Below are positions 52,488-64,000 of a stretch of DNA of 64,000 bases, in pieces. Source of the stretch: Eledone cirrhosa (Eukaryota); assembly GCA_964016885.1 (NCBI GenBank), contig OZ024741.1:401884001-401948000 (forward strand). The letters are read 5' to 3'. Every line of letters starts with the position of its first letter. Position 1 is the first letter of the stretch. The notes beneath the pieces are model-generated. The model did not search any database. It saw nothing but the letters and a program-made list of their open reading frames with translations, and was not told the origin of the DNA. The translations under genes were made by a program, and so were the position numbers.

Positions 52488-52633
52488 CTTTCTATATCAT
52501 AATATTGATTAGGTCTGTCTCTTGTGTTATGCCGACGCCTACCATTACTTCGACGCTCACTGCCTTCTTCCTCTCTTTCATGTTGTCGATTTTCTCTGGA
52601 GCGAAGGACTGGATTTCTAACATTTTCCCAGAA
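52488..52633 (-). CDS. RNF115/RNF126-like: RNF115/RNF126-like exon (FWENVRNPVLRSRENRQHEREEEGSERRSNGRRRHNTRDRPNQYYDIE-R)
   Basis: Acceptor cctttattttag, donor GTAAAT; 146 nt, phase 0 to 2, open; R/E-rich linker as in the family. Confidence 0.8.
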
Positions 52634-52659
52634 CTAAAATAAAGGGGAAATATTTTTAA

Positions 52660-52945
52660 AAAAGAGAGAAAAAGATGAGAGATGAGAAAAGAGAGCAGAG
52701 CAAAGAGAGAGAAAGGAGAGTGGAAGAGAAATGAGAGAGAAAAAAGAGTGGAAGAGAAAAGAGAGAGAAAAAAGAGTGGAAGAGAAAAGAGAGAAAAAAG
52801 AGTGGAAGAGAAAAGAGAAAAAAGAGTGGAAGAGAAAAGAGAAAAAAGAGTGGAAGAGAAGAGAGAGATAGGAAGAGAGAGAGAAAGAGTGATGAGAAAT
52901 GAGAGAGATAGGAAAAGAGCTAAAGGGGAGAGAGGGGTGAGGTAA
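52660..52945. repeat. GA-rich simple repeat (long polypyrimidine tract on the gene strand)
   Basis: (aaaaagagtggaagagaaaagag)n. Confidence 0.9.
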
Positions 52946-53089
52946 TATAAACAGGGATTATCTGTTGATCTATTTAACAGCTTTTAGAAAGCCAAATATA
53001 TGTTGTATATTTAGCTTATGTTTCTATGTTGTGGCTGTCCTTGACAATGTACTTAATATACTTAGTGGTGTATGTAACTTGCGAGATAC

Positions 53090-54445
53090 ATCATCATCAT
53101 TGTTTAACGTCCATGTTCCACGCTTACATGGGTTTGGACGGGCGTTTTCCCACTTGAGGCAAGAGTGGTTGTCTTGCTCGCATAGGACTGTCTGGCGGGT
53201 TTCTACAGCTGGATGCCCTTCCTAACACCAACCACATTTACAGTGTGGGACTGGGAGGTTTTTACCGTGTTGCCTACACGGCCACATTACAGCGTGGACT
53301 GTGTTTTTTTGTCGTGACACCTACACGATCTCATTTGTTTCGGCCTGGATGTTGTGGCACCAACATAACTTTACATTGAAAGGGGCGGTGTGGATGGGGT
53401 GGGGGTGGTGGGACGGGGGTGTATTTTGTTAGAGATGCCTACTGACTGTAGTAGGTTTTACTTTGTATTTAGGTAAGGCGGGTCTTCTCTATTACTGAGT
53501 GCCGCCAAAGATCTCGGTCCAGTGACATTGTCTTGGAGAGGTGCAAGTGTATGAGGTCGGAGCTAATCAGGTCGTCCCAGGTTTTTCTGGGTCTGCCTAC
53601 TCCGTGGCTACCGTCTATCTTTATTGCCCTGCACTTTTTTATACAGCTGTCGTCTTTCATGCGCATCACGTGACCATGGCAACGTAGTCTTCTCTTGAGT
53701 AAACAACATCTGATCCTTCTTATTTCTAATTTTTCCCTTAGTTCGTTTATGCTTTGCCGTTCGCGTATATTACTATTACACATCCAGCGGAGCATGCAAA
53801 CTTCGTTCCTCTCTAGTCTGCGTATATCCTCTGCACACAATGCCCAGGTCTCACTGCCATGCAACATTGCTGTTCGTATGCAGGCATCATACAGCCTGCC
53901 TTTCATTTTTAGGGAGAACCCTTTAGCGGCTAATAGTGGTATAAGCTCTCTGAACTTTTTCCATCCAGTTCTGACTCTAGCTACTGTACTTTCAGAGCAC
54001 CCTCCCCCAATGCTGATTTTATCACCCAGGTAACGGAAGCTGTCCACTATTTCTATAGAACCCTCTGCGCAATTGAAAGAGCTAGTATTTTGTGGGCACT
54101 TGCTGCTACTTATTGCACCAGAGCACCGGCCACATGTAAAATCTACGTTCTTAGTTAGCTTACCTATGATCCCACTACATTTTTTATGCACCCATACTTT
54201 GCATTTGGGACATAAAATGGAGTTTCTACCTACGCCTTTCCTACACACTGAGTATGGCCATTTCCCGGAAGGGACCGCCGCCTTATTTTCTTTCCTACAA
54301 ACTAGAACTTTAGTCTTAGCCAGGTTAATTTTAAGGCCTTTTGATTCTAGGCCGTGCTTCCATGTTTGGAATTTCTTCTCTAGCTCGGCCATTGATTCAG
54401 CTATGAGCGTTAGATCATCTGCGTATAGGAGTTCCCATGGGCAGC
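53090..54445 (-). mobile_element. young 5'-truncated RTE family 1 copy
   Basis: Open frame 53469-54445 from CPWELLYADD to the end, near-identical to the full-length element, with a full 3'UTR. Confidence 0.96.
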
Positions 54446-54539
54446 ACATATTAAAGAACATAGCTAATCCGCATCACTAGGCTAATGGATATAAAACAAT
54501 GACAATTCGAGTTGGGATGAAATAGTCAGCACTACTTGC

Positions 54540-54900
54540 TTCTAGAGATGGCTGAACGTACCAGTAATTATGGCAATTACCTGGAAAGTGTAGCCCCAGA
54601 TCAGAGAGTGACTCCAGTTAGAATTGCTACTTCTCCGAATTGAAAGATCACAACACCAATACTACAGGCATGTGGTTAGAATGTCTCAGGAAAGGATCAT
54701 TGGACAGATTTTACAGGCAAAACCAACTTGCATGAGACCCAGGGGTAGACTCTAAGCAAAATGGTTGGATAACATCCATGAGCTTAGCTGGTCACACTTG
54801 GGTATCCAGCTCGATCAGTTAGAGACAGTTGCTTCTGACAAGACATGCTGGAGGGAGTGTTTGAGGACTGCCTCCACAACCTTCTCAGGAATAAGTAGGC
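54540..54900 (+). mobile_element. decayed RTE-like LINE C-terminal fragment (different family)
   Basis: LLLRIERSQ..YRHVVRM..RPRGR...WLDNI..L.W..LGI. Confidence 0.65.
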
Positions 54901-55623
54901 AAAGAAGACCTACAATGCCTTGTCATCTTCCAAATACAAAGACATGAAATACTTTGCCATCTTTATCATTAGAAAATGATACTGTAATAAAAAAAATTTA
55001 GATATAATGTCAGATTAAAGCAGAGAGGAGGTGACTTTTAGTTAGGATAATATATGTTTATCAGCAAGTTATTTTGTTAACAGTCTTAAATTTATTAAAA
55101 CTTTTGTTATATCAATGTCACTTTTATCATGCAGTGTGTGTAACAAAAATGTGTCAAGATATCATTATTATTGTGAAAAACATTTAAAATTCTACTTGCA
55201 GGCATACCAGAATTGAGTTTGTCCAGAGCACCAACTGTAAAGCTTGCTTGCTTCATAGTTCCAAGCCAAAGCATGGGTATTCTTACACAAGTATTACAGG
55301 TATTGAATGAAATTATAAAACTGCATTAATTAAACCTATACTAGCAAACAAAATATTTTCTACTTTAACCATTTTGATACCAAATCTCCTCTGGTTTTAC
55401 AATACAAAATTGCTTTAAAATATTTATGTCTAAAAACCTATTGTAATTTTGTTAAGTAATGTTCCAAATACTAGCTTAATAATGAAAAAGTAATTTTAGG
55501 AAATTTCCCTAAATTCTTGATTTTCAAAAATCATAGGTTATAGGAATAACTTATGATTTTCAGGAATAAGTAGGTGAAGAAGAAGAAAAAGATATTTAAC
55601 AAAAAAAAAGAAAAATATCTTAC

Positions 55624-55693
55624 ATCAAAAATATGTCTTCCAGAATCTTGATCTTGTTGTAAAGGCGTAGTTCTTGGTGTGTTGGAAAAATCT
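55624..55693 (-). CDS. RNF115/RNF126-like: RNF115/RNF126-like E3 ligase, first exon visible in window (DFSNTPRTTPLQQDQDSGRHIFD)
   Basis: Acceptor ctatcttcag, donor GTAAGA; 70 nt, phase 2 in and phase 0 out, in frame with the next exon. Low-complexity linker, so assignment rests on splice sites and phase. Confidence 0.7.
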
Positions 55694-55919
55694 CTGAAGA
55701 TAGAAGTTGTTAGGACATAAAACAATTATCACAGATTAACATTTTTTTCTTTCTTTTTTACTCTACCAAATCTTTGGAAAATGAAAATATCACCCAGAAC
55801 TGAAATCTAACAAAATTACAGAAATTGTAAATGAATACTTTGGAGTGGAGAGAGGATGATAAAATCTCAAAGATGAGTTTAAAAAAAAAATTTCTTTTAC
55901 TATTAACCTTATTTTTGGA

Positions 55920-58900
55920 CATCATCATTGAGACCACATTCAAACATTCCTGACAAAGTCTCTCCACAATTTCCTATTGCCTCTGGCAACTGTTTCTTAG
56001 AGAGGTTTGTATTGTCTGAGAGTTGATCAATGAAGTTTCAAGCAGGTCTTCCACTACTGTCTCTCCTATGAGTTAGTTCCCACAATAGTAACTTGTGTAT
56101 AACTTCCTCTGCTGTGAGTTAGTTCCCACAATAGTAACTTGTGTATAACTTCCTCTCCTATGAGTTAGTTCCCACAATAGTAACTTGTGTATAACTTACT
56201 CTACTCTCTCTCCTATGAGTTAGTTCCCACAATAGTAACTTGTGTATAACTTCCTCTACTCTCTCTCCTATGAGTTAGTTCTCACAATAGTAACTTGTGT
56301 ATAGCTTACTCTACTCTCTCTCCTATGAGTTGGTTCCCACAATAGTAACTTGTGTATAACTTCCTCTACTCTCTCTCCTATGAGTTGGTTCCTACAATAG
56401 TAACTTGTGTATAACTTCCTATATTATGTCTCCTATGAGTTGGTTCTCACAATAGTAACTTGTGTATAACTTCCTCTACTCTCTCTTCTATGAGTTGGTT
56501 CCTACAATAGTAACTTGTGTATAACTTCCTCTATTGTGTCTCCTATGAGTTGGTTCTCACAATAGTAACTTGTGTATAACTTACTCTGTCTCTCCTATGA
56601 GTTGGTTCCTACAATAGTAACTTGTGTATAACTTCCTCTACTCTCTCTCCTATGAGTTAGTTCCCACAATAGTAACTTGTGTATAACTTCCTCTACTCTC
56701 TCTCCTGAGTTAGTTCCCACAATAGTAACTTGTGTATAACTTCCTCTACTCTCTCTCCTATGAGTTAGTTCCCACAATAGTAACTTGTGTATAACTTCCT
56801 CTACTCTCTCTCCTATGAGTTGGTTCCCACAATAGTAACTTGTGTATAGCTTGCTCTACTCTCTCTCCTATGAGTTGGTTCCTACAATAGTAACTTGTGT
56901 ATAACTTCCTATAGTGTCTCCTATGAGTTGGTTCTCACAATAGTAACTTGTGTATAACTTCCTCTACTCTCTCTTCTATGAGTTGGTTCCTACAATAGTA
57001 ACTTGTGTATAACTTCCTCTATTGTGTCTCCTATGAGTTGGTTCTCACAATAGTAACTTGTGTATAACTTACTCTGTCTCTCCTATGAGTTGGTTCCTAC
57101 AATAGTAACTTGTGTATAACTTACTCTACTCTCTCTCCTATGAGTTAGTTCCCACAATAGTAACTTGTGTATAACTTCCTCTATTCTCTCTCCTATGAGT
57201 TGGTTCCCACAATAGTAACTTGTGTATAACTTCCTCTACTCTCTCTCCTATGAGTTGGTTCCTACAATAGTAACTTGTGTATAACTTCCTCTACTGTCTC
57301 TCCTATGAGTTAGTTGCCACAATACTAACTTGTGTATAACTTCCTCTACTGTGTCTCCTATGAGTTGGTTCTCACAATAGTAACTTGTGTATAACTTCCT
57401 CTACTGTCTCTCCTATGAGTTAGTTGCCACAATAGTAACTTGTGTATAACTTCCTCTACTGTGTCTCCTATGAGTTGGTTCTCACAATAGTAACTTGTGT
57501 ATAACTTCCTCTACTGTCTCTCCTATGAGTTAGTTCCCACAATAGTAACTTGTGTATAACTTCCTCGCCTATGAGTCAGTTCCCACAATAGTAACTTCCT
57601 CTACTGTCTCTCCTATGAGTTAGTTCCCACAATAGTAACTTGTGTATAACTTCCTCTACTGTCTCTCCTATGAGTTGGTTCCCACAATAGTAACTTGTAT
57701 ATAGCTTCCTCTACTCTCTCCTATGAGTTGGTTCCCACAATATTAACTTGTGTATAACTTCCTCTACTGTGTCTCCTATGAGTTAGTTCCCACAATAGTA
57801 ACTTGTGTATAACTTACTCTACTCTCTCTCCTATGAGTTAGTTCCCACAATAGTAACTTGTGTATAACTTTCTCTACTGTCTCTCCTATGAGTTAGTTCC
57901 CACAATAGTAACTTGTGTATAACTGCCTCTACTCTCTCTCCTATGAGTTAGTTCCCACAATAGTAACTTGTGTATAACTTCCTCTACTCTCTCTCCTATG
58001 AGTTAGTTCCCACAATAGTAACTTGTGTATAACTTCCTCTACTCTCTCTCCTATGAGTTAGTTCCCACAATAGTAACTTGTGTATAACTTCCTCTACTCT
58101 CTCTCCTATGAGTTAGTTCCCACAATAGTAACTTGTGTATAGCTTCCTCTACTCTCTCTCCTATGAGTTGGTTCCCACAATATTAACTTGTGTATAACTT
58201 CCTCTACTGTGTCTCCTATGAGTTAGTTCCCACAATAGTAACTTGTGTATAACTTCCTCTACTGTGTCTCCTATGAGTTAGTTCCCACAATAGTAACTTG
58301 TGTATAACTTCCTCTACTGTCTCTCCTATGAGTTAGTTCCCACAATAGTAACTTGTGTATAACTTTCTCTACTCTCTCTCCTATGAGTTGGTTCCTACAA
58401 TAGTAACTTGTGTATAACTTCCTCTACTGTTTCTCCTATGAGTTGGTTCCCACAATAGTAACTTGTGTATAACTTTCTCTACTGTGTCTCCTATGAGTTG
58501 GTTCCCACAATAGTAACTTATGTATAACTTCCTCTACTGTCTCTCCTATGAGTTAGTTCCCACAATAGTAACTTGTGTATAACTTCCTCTACTGTCTCTC
58601 CTATGAGTTGGTTCCCACAATAGTAACTTGTGTATAACTTCCTCTACTGTCTCTCCTATGAGTTAGTTCCCACAATAGTAACTTGTGTATAACTTACTCT
58701 ACTGTGTCTCCTATGAGTTGGTTCTCAATAATAACTTGTGTATAACTTCCTCTACTGTCTCTCCTATGAGTTAGTTCCCACAATAGTAACTTGTGTATAA
58801 CTTCCTCTACTGTCTCTCCTATGAGTTAGTTGCCACAATAGTAACTTGTGTATAACTTCCTCTACTGTCTCTCCTATGAGTTAGTTCCCACAATAGTAAC

Positions 58901-59400
58901 TTGTGTATAACTTCCTCTACTCTCTCCCCTATGAGTTAGTTCCCACAGTAGTAACTTGTGTATAACTTCCTCTACTGTCTCTCCTATGAGTTAGTTCCCA
59001 CCATAGTAACTTGTGTATAACTTCCTGCTTACTTCTCCAGTAATATTCTGCCAATCATAACTGTCTTTTAGCAATTGTTATCTTAGGCAAATTTCTTTAT
59101 AAACTTTTAATTGTAATATATTGATGTCAGTTTATGTTTTGTACAATCCTAAGCATTTTAGTGTATGCACCATCTAGTTACTTCTCAAGTGTCTGTATCA
59201 GGGTCTATATACATGATCCATACAACACCAACTCAATAGATGTTCTGAAGAATGATATTTCTATTTTTCTGGGTATTGTTTTGGACACAAAGATTGATTA
59301 ATATTTACATCTACACTACTTTTCAACTGGTTTCATCTAGATCACCATAAACTGTCATATTTGTGGATGTGTATAGGCCTTCATTTGGAAATATGTTCCT
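55920..59400 (-). mobile_element. decayed RTE-like LINE 3' fragment hosting the 55-bp array
   Basis: Minus-strand translation LVLYGS..TL..TLEK*LDGAYTKMLR..NLPKI..YWRSKQ-[EVIHKLLLWELTHRRESR]n-GRPA*NFIDQL.., then a short GATGAT tail. Confidence 0.8.
56053..59025. repeat. 55-bp minisatellite, about 54 units
   Basis: Unit gagttagttcccacaatagtaacttgtgtataacttcctctactctctctcctat; period confirmed at 57781, 58001, 58111. Confidence 0.98.
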
Positions 59401-60385
59401 GGTTGAAATTTAGTTTGATCATAAATCAAACAATAATATAGATGAAATACATTATTTTTATATCCACATGGAAGATAGACGTTAAACGATGATGATGATT
59501 TACCATGCTGGCATGGGCTGGATGAGACACCTTTGGGGCAGTTTTTCTATTGCCAGATGTTCCTACTGACACCAACCAATACTTTATTATTTCTTAAGTA
59601 TATGATGTTCATTAAACAAAAAGCTGCAAGACATTGTTTATGAGGGGCATAAACAAACATCACTGCTTGCTTTCGATATGGAGACATGTAGCTTCTAATA
59701 GCTACACATATGATGGCTACCTTACAGTTTCCACTAACCTAATATGCTCAATAATATTTTTGTTTTTATTTAAGGTAAATTTAATGTAAATATAACTACA
59801 GTTTTTTATTTAAAAGCCTCGTTGTGAAAAGAGGTAAACACTTGATATTATTGTCTGTATGAATTTCAGAGATTGTTGACTCCTCATCAGAAGGAAACTA
59901 GTCTTATGTTCCTGTCTACAGAGGAATCTTTACAACATTGCTACATCAAGTAGGATGTAGAATAGAGCTGAAATGATCAGTCTAATTCATATGACATGCA
60001 TCTAAAACAAATTTCTAACTTCAACTAGTACCACATCTCTGCCACAGTTGAGACATAACAAGAAATGTATATTTAAATTAGTGTCTACACTGTTAATGTG
60101 GTTAACGCTAAGAAGGGAATCCAGCCACAGAAACTAAGCCAGAAACAGTTTTGTATGAGCAAAACAGAGTCACCTGATCTGATTTGTCTCACAACAGGAC
60201 ATCTCATCTAACCCATGATAACGTGGAAAATAGACGCCATGTGATGATGATGATGATACAAGTTCCCACCTTTGCCAGGGACAAAAACATTAGTTGAAGC
60301 TAAGATCTTTTCAAAACTTTTCATGTTTATCTAATTGTAGACAATTTACTTCACTGATTTCTTTCAATCTATCGTTGCAAATGTA

Positions 60386-61217
60386 TATATATATATAAAA
60401 CTGAGGATGTCTGTGTGTGGGAGTTTGAATCCCTAAAGCTCGAGAAGCACCCAACCGACTGTTTTCAAACTTTACACATGTAATACCTATGTTTCAGGGA
60501 GTATGCTGAGCAAAGAAAATTTCAAATTTTCAATGCCCTAGGGACTGCATTAGGCGATTTAGCGATCTCTCTCTATAATTATTAGTCTTTCTCTTTTTAG
60601 ATAGATACATACATACATATAACGTCGCGCCCTTATAATATCTGTCTGTATGTCTGTCTGTGAGTTTGAATCCCTAAAACTCGAGAAGTACCCAACTGAC
60701 TTTTTTCAAATTTTACATGTGTATTACTTATGTTTCAGGGAGTGTTATGCACATAAAACTGCAGTTTTTTTTCAGCTTTTTAGGGTTTTTTTGAGGCGTT
60801 ACGTCAGACCAATTTCCTTGAAATTGTAACTATGTATTAGTCAGTCTCTTCATACCGTGAGCAAAAAAAAATCCAACTCTTTTATGGCTTAGGGCCCGCA
60901 TTAGGTGAAAAACTTCATTTTTTCAGCTTTTTAGGGCTTTTTTGAGGCGTTACATCTAGCTGATTTTCCCGAAATTTCAAGGCATATTATGCACATAAAA
61001 AAAATTCATTTTATTGAACCCCTAGGGCCCGCATTAGGTGAAAACCTGCATTTTTCCTGCTTCATCGAGGAAAATCTTAAAGATTATCCAGCCATCAGAG
61101 TATTCGGTTTATTTTCTTTACATATTGTCCAGGCATGCAGTTTTTCCACGATTAGGTCTGTTGGCGGCCCGCGTCCCAAAATACCCTATCCCATGCAACA
61201 CTGGGTACCACTGCTAG
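60386..61217 (+). mobile_element. non-autonomous Helitron A
   Basis: 5' (TA)nTAAAACTG with TC not intact; 3' hairpin cccatgcaacactggg then CTGCTAG|T; internal duplication 60408-60503 / 60651-60744. Confidence 0.75.
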
Positions 61218-62910
61218 TATTGTATAAAACCAACTGTAGTATTAGCTAAATATTTTAACTAACAGTTGCAAATGTTATATTGTATAAAACCAACTGTAGC
61301 ATTAGTTAAATATTATAACTAACAGTTGCAAATGTTATGTTGTATAAAACCAACTGTAGCATTAGTTAAATATTATAACTAACAGTTGCAAATGTTATGT
61401 TGTATAAAACCAACTATAGCATTAGTTAAATATTATAACAAACAGTTGCAAATGTTATCTATATATATAAAACTGTGGTTGTCTGTCTGTCTATCGATTT
61501 TTGGCACACATCTTCTCTTAGAATCTCTCACGGAATTGCACCGAAATTGCTATACTTGTACATTGAGCCCTAGCGAAGACATCGGAAAAAAAATATTTCA
61601 AATTGACCCGCCCTATCTGACGAAATCGAATATAATGTATCGATTTTTGAGCGTAAGTGATCAGTTATTTCCCTTTGTTCTGTTTACATTGAGCGTCTGC
61701 GTGCAAAAATTAAAAAAATTACGCTGGCTTTCTCAGCGTTTAAAATGACATTAACACACTGCAAAATTCATCAGTTCAAACACTAAGCTTCCGTTTTGCT
61801 TCATTTCCATTTAAAAGCCTTTTAAAACAATATTTTTACTTGAAAACAAGTCTATTTAAAGACTACGTAAAACAAGCAAATATTTCGTAAAAAAAAGCAA
61901 AAATTATATAAGTTTATTTAAAATATATGTATCTGTAAATTTCGTTAGGCGTGCAGACAGACTTTAAGCCAAAAAAGAAACTTAACATTGTAACTTTAAC
62001 ACAGCTACTGAGCGACCCCGAGCAACGCCGGGCTGTATCTGTAAATTTCGTTAGGCGTGCAGACAGATAGTCGTGCAGAGAGGTGATATACGCGTGCAGA
62101 CAGACAGTCGTGCAGAGAGGTGTTATACGCGTGCAGACAGTCGTGCAGAGAGGTGATATAGGCGTGCAGACAGACAGTCGTGCAGAGAGGTGATATAGGC
62201 GTGCAGACAGACATAACTGATAATTTGGTTACGCTAATGTTTTTCTCTGCGTTGCAGTGTTTACATTTTCGATCTTTGTTAATAAATAACCAGTGCAGTT
62301 TCTATCCCTAGCATCCTCTTTTGTTATAAGATTCGGGTTATCGTTATGTTTTCTTAACTTCATAAGGCATATTGTTGGTTGAGGGAATATTAATCAAAAA
62401 CACCACATGCAAGTCTGCACAGTAGACACTACAGTTTTTAAGCCAAGAAAGAAACTTAACATTGTAACTTTAACACAGCTACTGAGCGACCCCGAGCAAC
62501 GCCGGGCTTTACTGCTAGTGTTGTATAAAACCAACTGTAGCATTAGTTAAATATTATAACTAACAGTTGCAAATGTTATGTTGTATAAAACCAACTATAG
62601 CATTAGTTAAATATTATAACTAACAGTTGCAAATGTTATGTTGTATAAAACCAACTATAGCATTAGTTAAATATTATAACAGTTGCAAATGTTATGTTGT
62701 ATAAAACCAACTGTAGCATTAGTTAAATATTATAACTAACAGTTGCAAATGTTATGTTGTATAAAACCAACTGTAGCATTAGTTAAATATTATAACTAAC
62801 AGTTGCAAATGTTATGTTGTATAAAACCAACTATAGCATTAGTTAAATATTATAACTAACAGTTGCAAATGTTATGTTGTATAAAACCAACAGTAGTATT
62901 AGCTAAATAT
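61218..62910. repeat. 60-bp minisatellite (4 + about 6.5 units) split by Helitron B
   Basis: Unit tgttgtataaaaccaactgtagcattagttaaatattataactaacagttgcaaatgtta. Confidence 0.95.
61458..62518 (+). mobile_element. non-autonomous Helitron B (1061 bp)
   Basis: A|TCTATATATATAAAACTG ... CCCGAGCAACGCCGGG hairpin ... CTAG|T, no TSD; removing it restores the satellite unit exactly; internal ~35-bp repeats at 62055-62210. Confidence 0.9.
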
Positions 62911-63489
62911 TTTCAAATTTCAACTAGTGCCATCATGTGCCCCTACCCTTCAATCCATACCCCATTCTGGAGGTAGCCTCCACCCTGAAGTCCATAAGTC
63001 CAATTGGCACCTACCTACTTAATTATAAACATATATGCAACTCTGCTAGAAATTATAAAATTATTACATAATTGGTGTACATCAGCAAATATGTGCATAT
63101 CCACACAGAACACAAACATATATCTATGTACCTTGGGGCCAGATCTGATAAATTCTAATGTTTGCCTACCTAGGTTATTCAGTTAGAAGTTACAAAATTA
63201 TATTTGCATAAGTAGTGTGTATCTGCATGTGTGTGTATTCACACACACACACCTTTGTGGCAGATGTGGGCTCTAAACCATAAGGTAGGTGGCCTGTCTA
63301 AGACAGCAGAATTCAGAATAAATAACAATGTTTGGGGGTACACTATATGCTGTAGTGAAGGCAGTCACTTCAAATAAATAGGACTACATGGGGAAGACAT
63401 GGAATCTGTAAGCCTTACTGAAGAGAGCAGCCACTGAGTGAAAGCAAGGACAGGGAAGAGAGGACTCTAAGTCCTGACAAAAACACTTT

Positions 63490-63870
63490 TTTGCTAAAAG
63501 GTGGAGGTAATTGGAGTAATACAATAACTCAGAACAGTGATAGTCAATAGAATGACAATGGTTATCTACTTAGACCCCACAATCAGGACTAAGTAAAGAA
63601 CAAAAGGATAGTTTCTATGAGTACCTCTTATAGATGATTTCAGTAACAGATGACAGCAACTTCATCTTGGTTGGTGATGAATGGACATTTTGGAAAACAC
63701 CAAGATGGTTACTCTGGAATACATGATGGCTATGGAAATGAAGAGGGATCAAGGCTCCTCTAGGAACATTGAGCCCTGTAAATAACCTAACCATTTGCAA
63801 CACTAATTTCAGGAAATCAGCTAACCAGCCATGTGATCATCTACCAATCAGGTGAACATTTAAGACTGTG
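63490..63870 (+). mobile_element. decayed RTE endonuclease fragment
   Basis: Remnants of VISTxTPQSG, VGDxxGH and LTICNTNFRK motifs. Confidence 0.6.
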
Positions 63871-64000
63871 AAGGAGGTAGATAGAAACTGTGTGGAAGCA
63901 TGCTTCTGTCTTTGAATGGTAGACTTAATGTCACCTGTTACACCACCACCTAGTCCTGTCCTTCAGTGGTAGACTTAATGTCACCTGTTACACCACCTAG

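Noticed and set aside
52682-52945. E/K/R-rich 87-aa ORF
   Set aside because: Translation of a GA simple repeat.
56053-59025. CRISPR-like regular arrays (also the 39-, 48- and 60-bp arrays)
   Set aside because: Head-to-tail units with no unique spacers, no cas genes, and a eukaryotic context.

Overview
AT-rich, repeat-dense eukaryotic DNA; the SINE/RTE/CR1 repertoire and (TA)n/(GAT)n microsatellites suggest a coleoid cephalopod such as an octopus (inference). The ORF track misses the only host gene: a minus-strand RNF115/RNF126 (Iruka)-like RING-H2 E3 ligase. I assembled it by hand from 7 short GT-AG exons between 55693 and 15203 (216 aa, all phases consistent); the N-terminal zinc-finger exons were not found and probably lie beyond 64000. 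The rest is mobile DNA: one intact-ORF RTE LINE (APE+RT, with a PHD finger inserted inside the RT), many truncated RTE copies of at least two families, a near full-length decayed CR1, tRNA-derived SINEs, hAT, Tc1/pogo and TTAA MITEs, two non-autonomous Helitrons and a probable LTR with a tRNA-Trp PBS. The most striking pattern is that all three large minisatellites (48, 39 and 55 bp units) are in-situ amplifications of short pieces of retroelement 3' ends, two of them LINE C-terminal coding sequence. A fourth (60 bp) array has two different Helitrons inserted at the same position of its unit.
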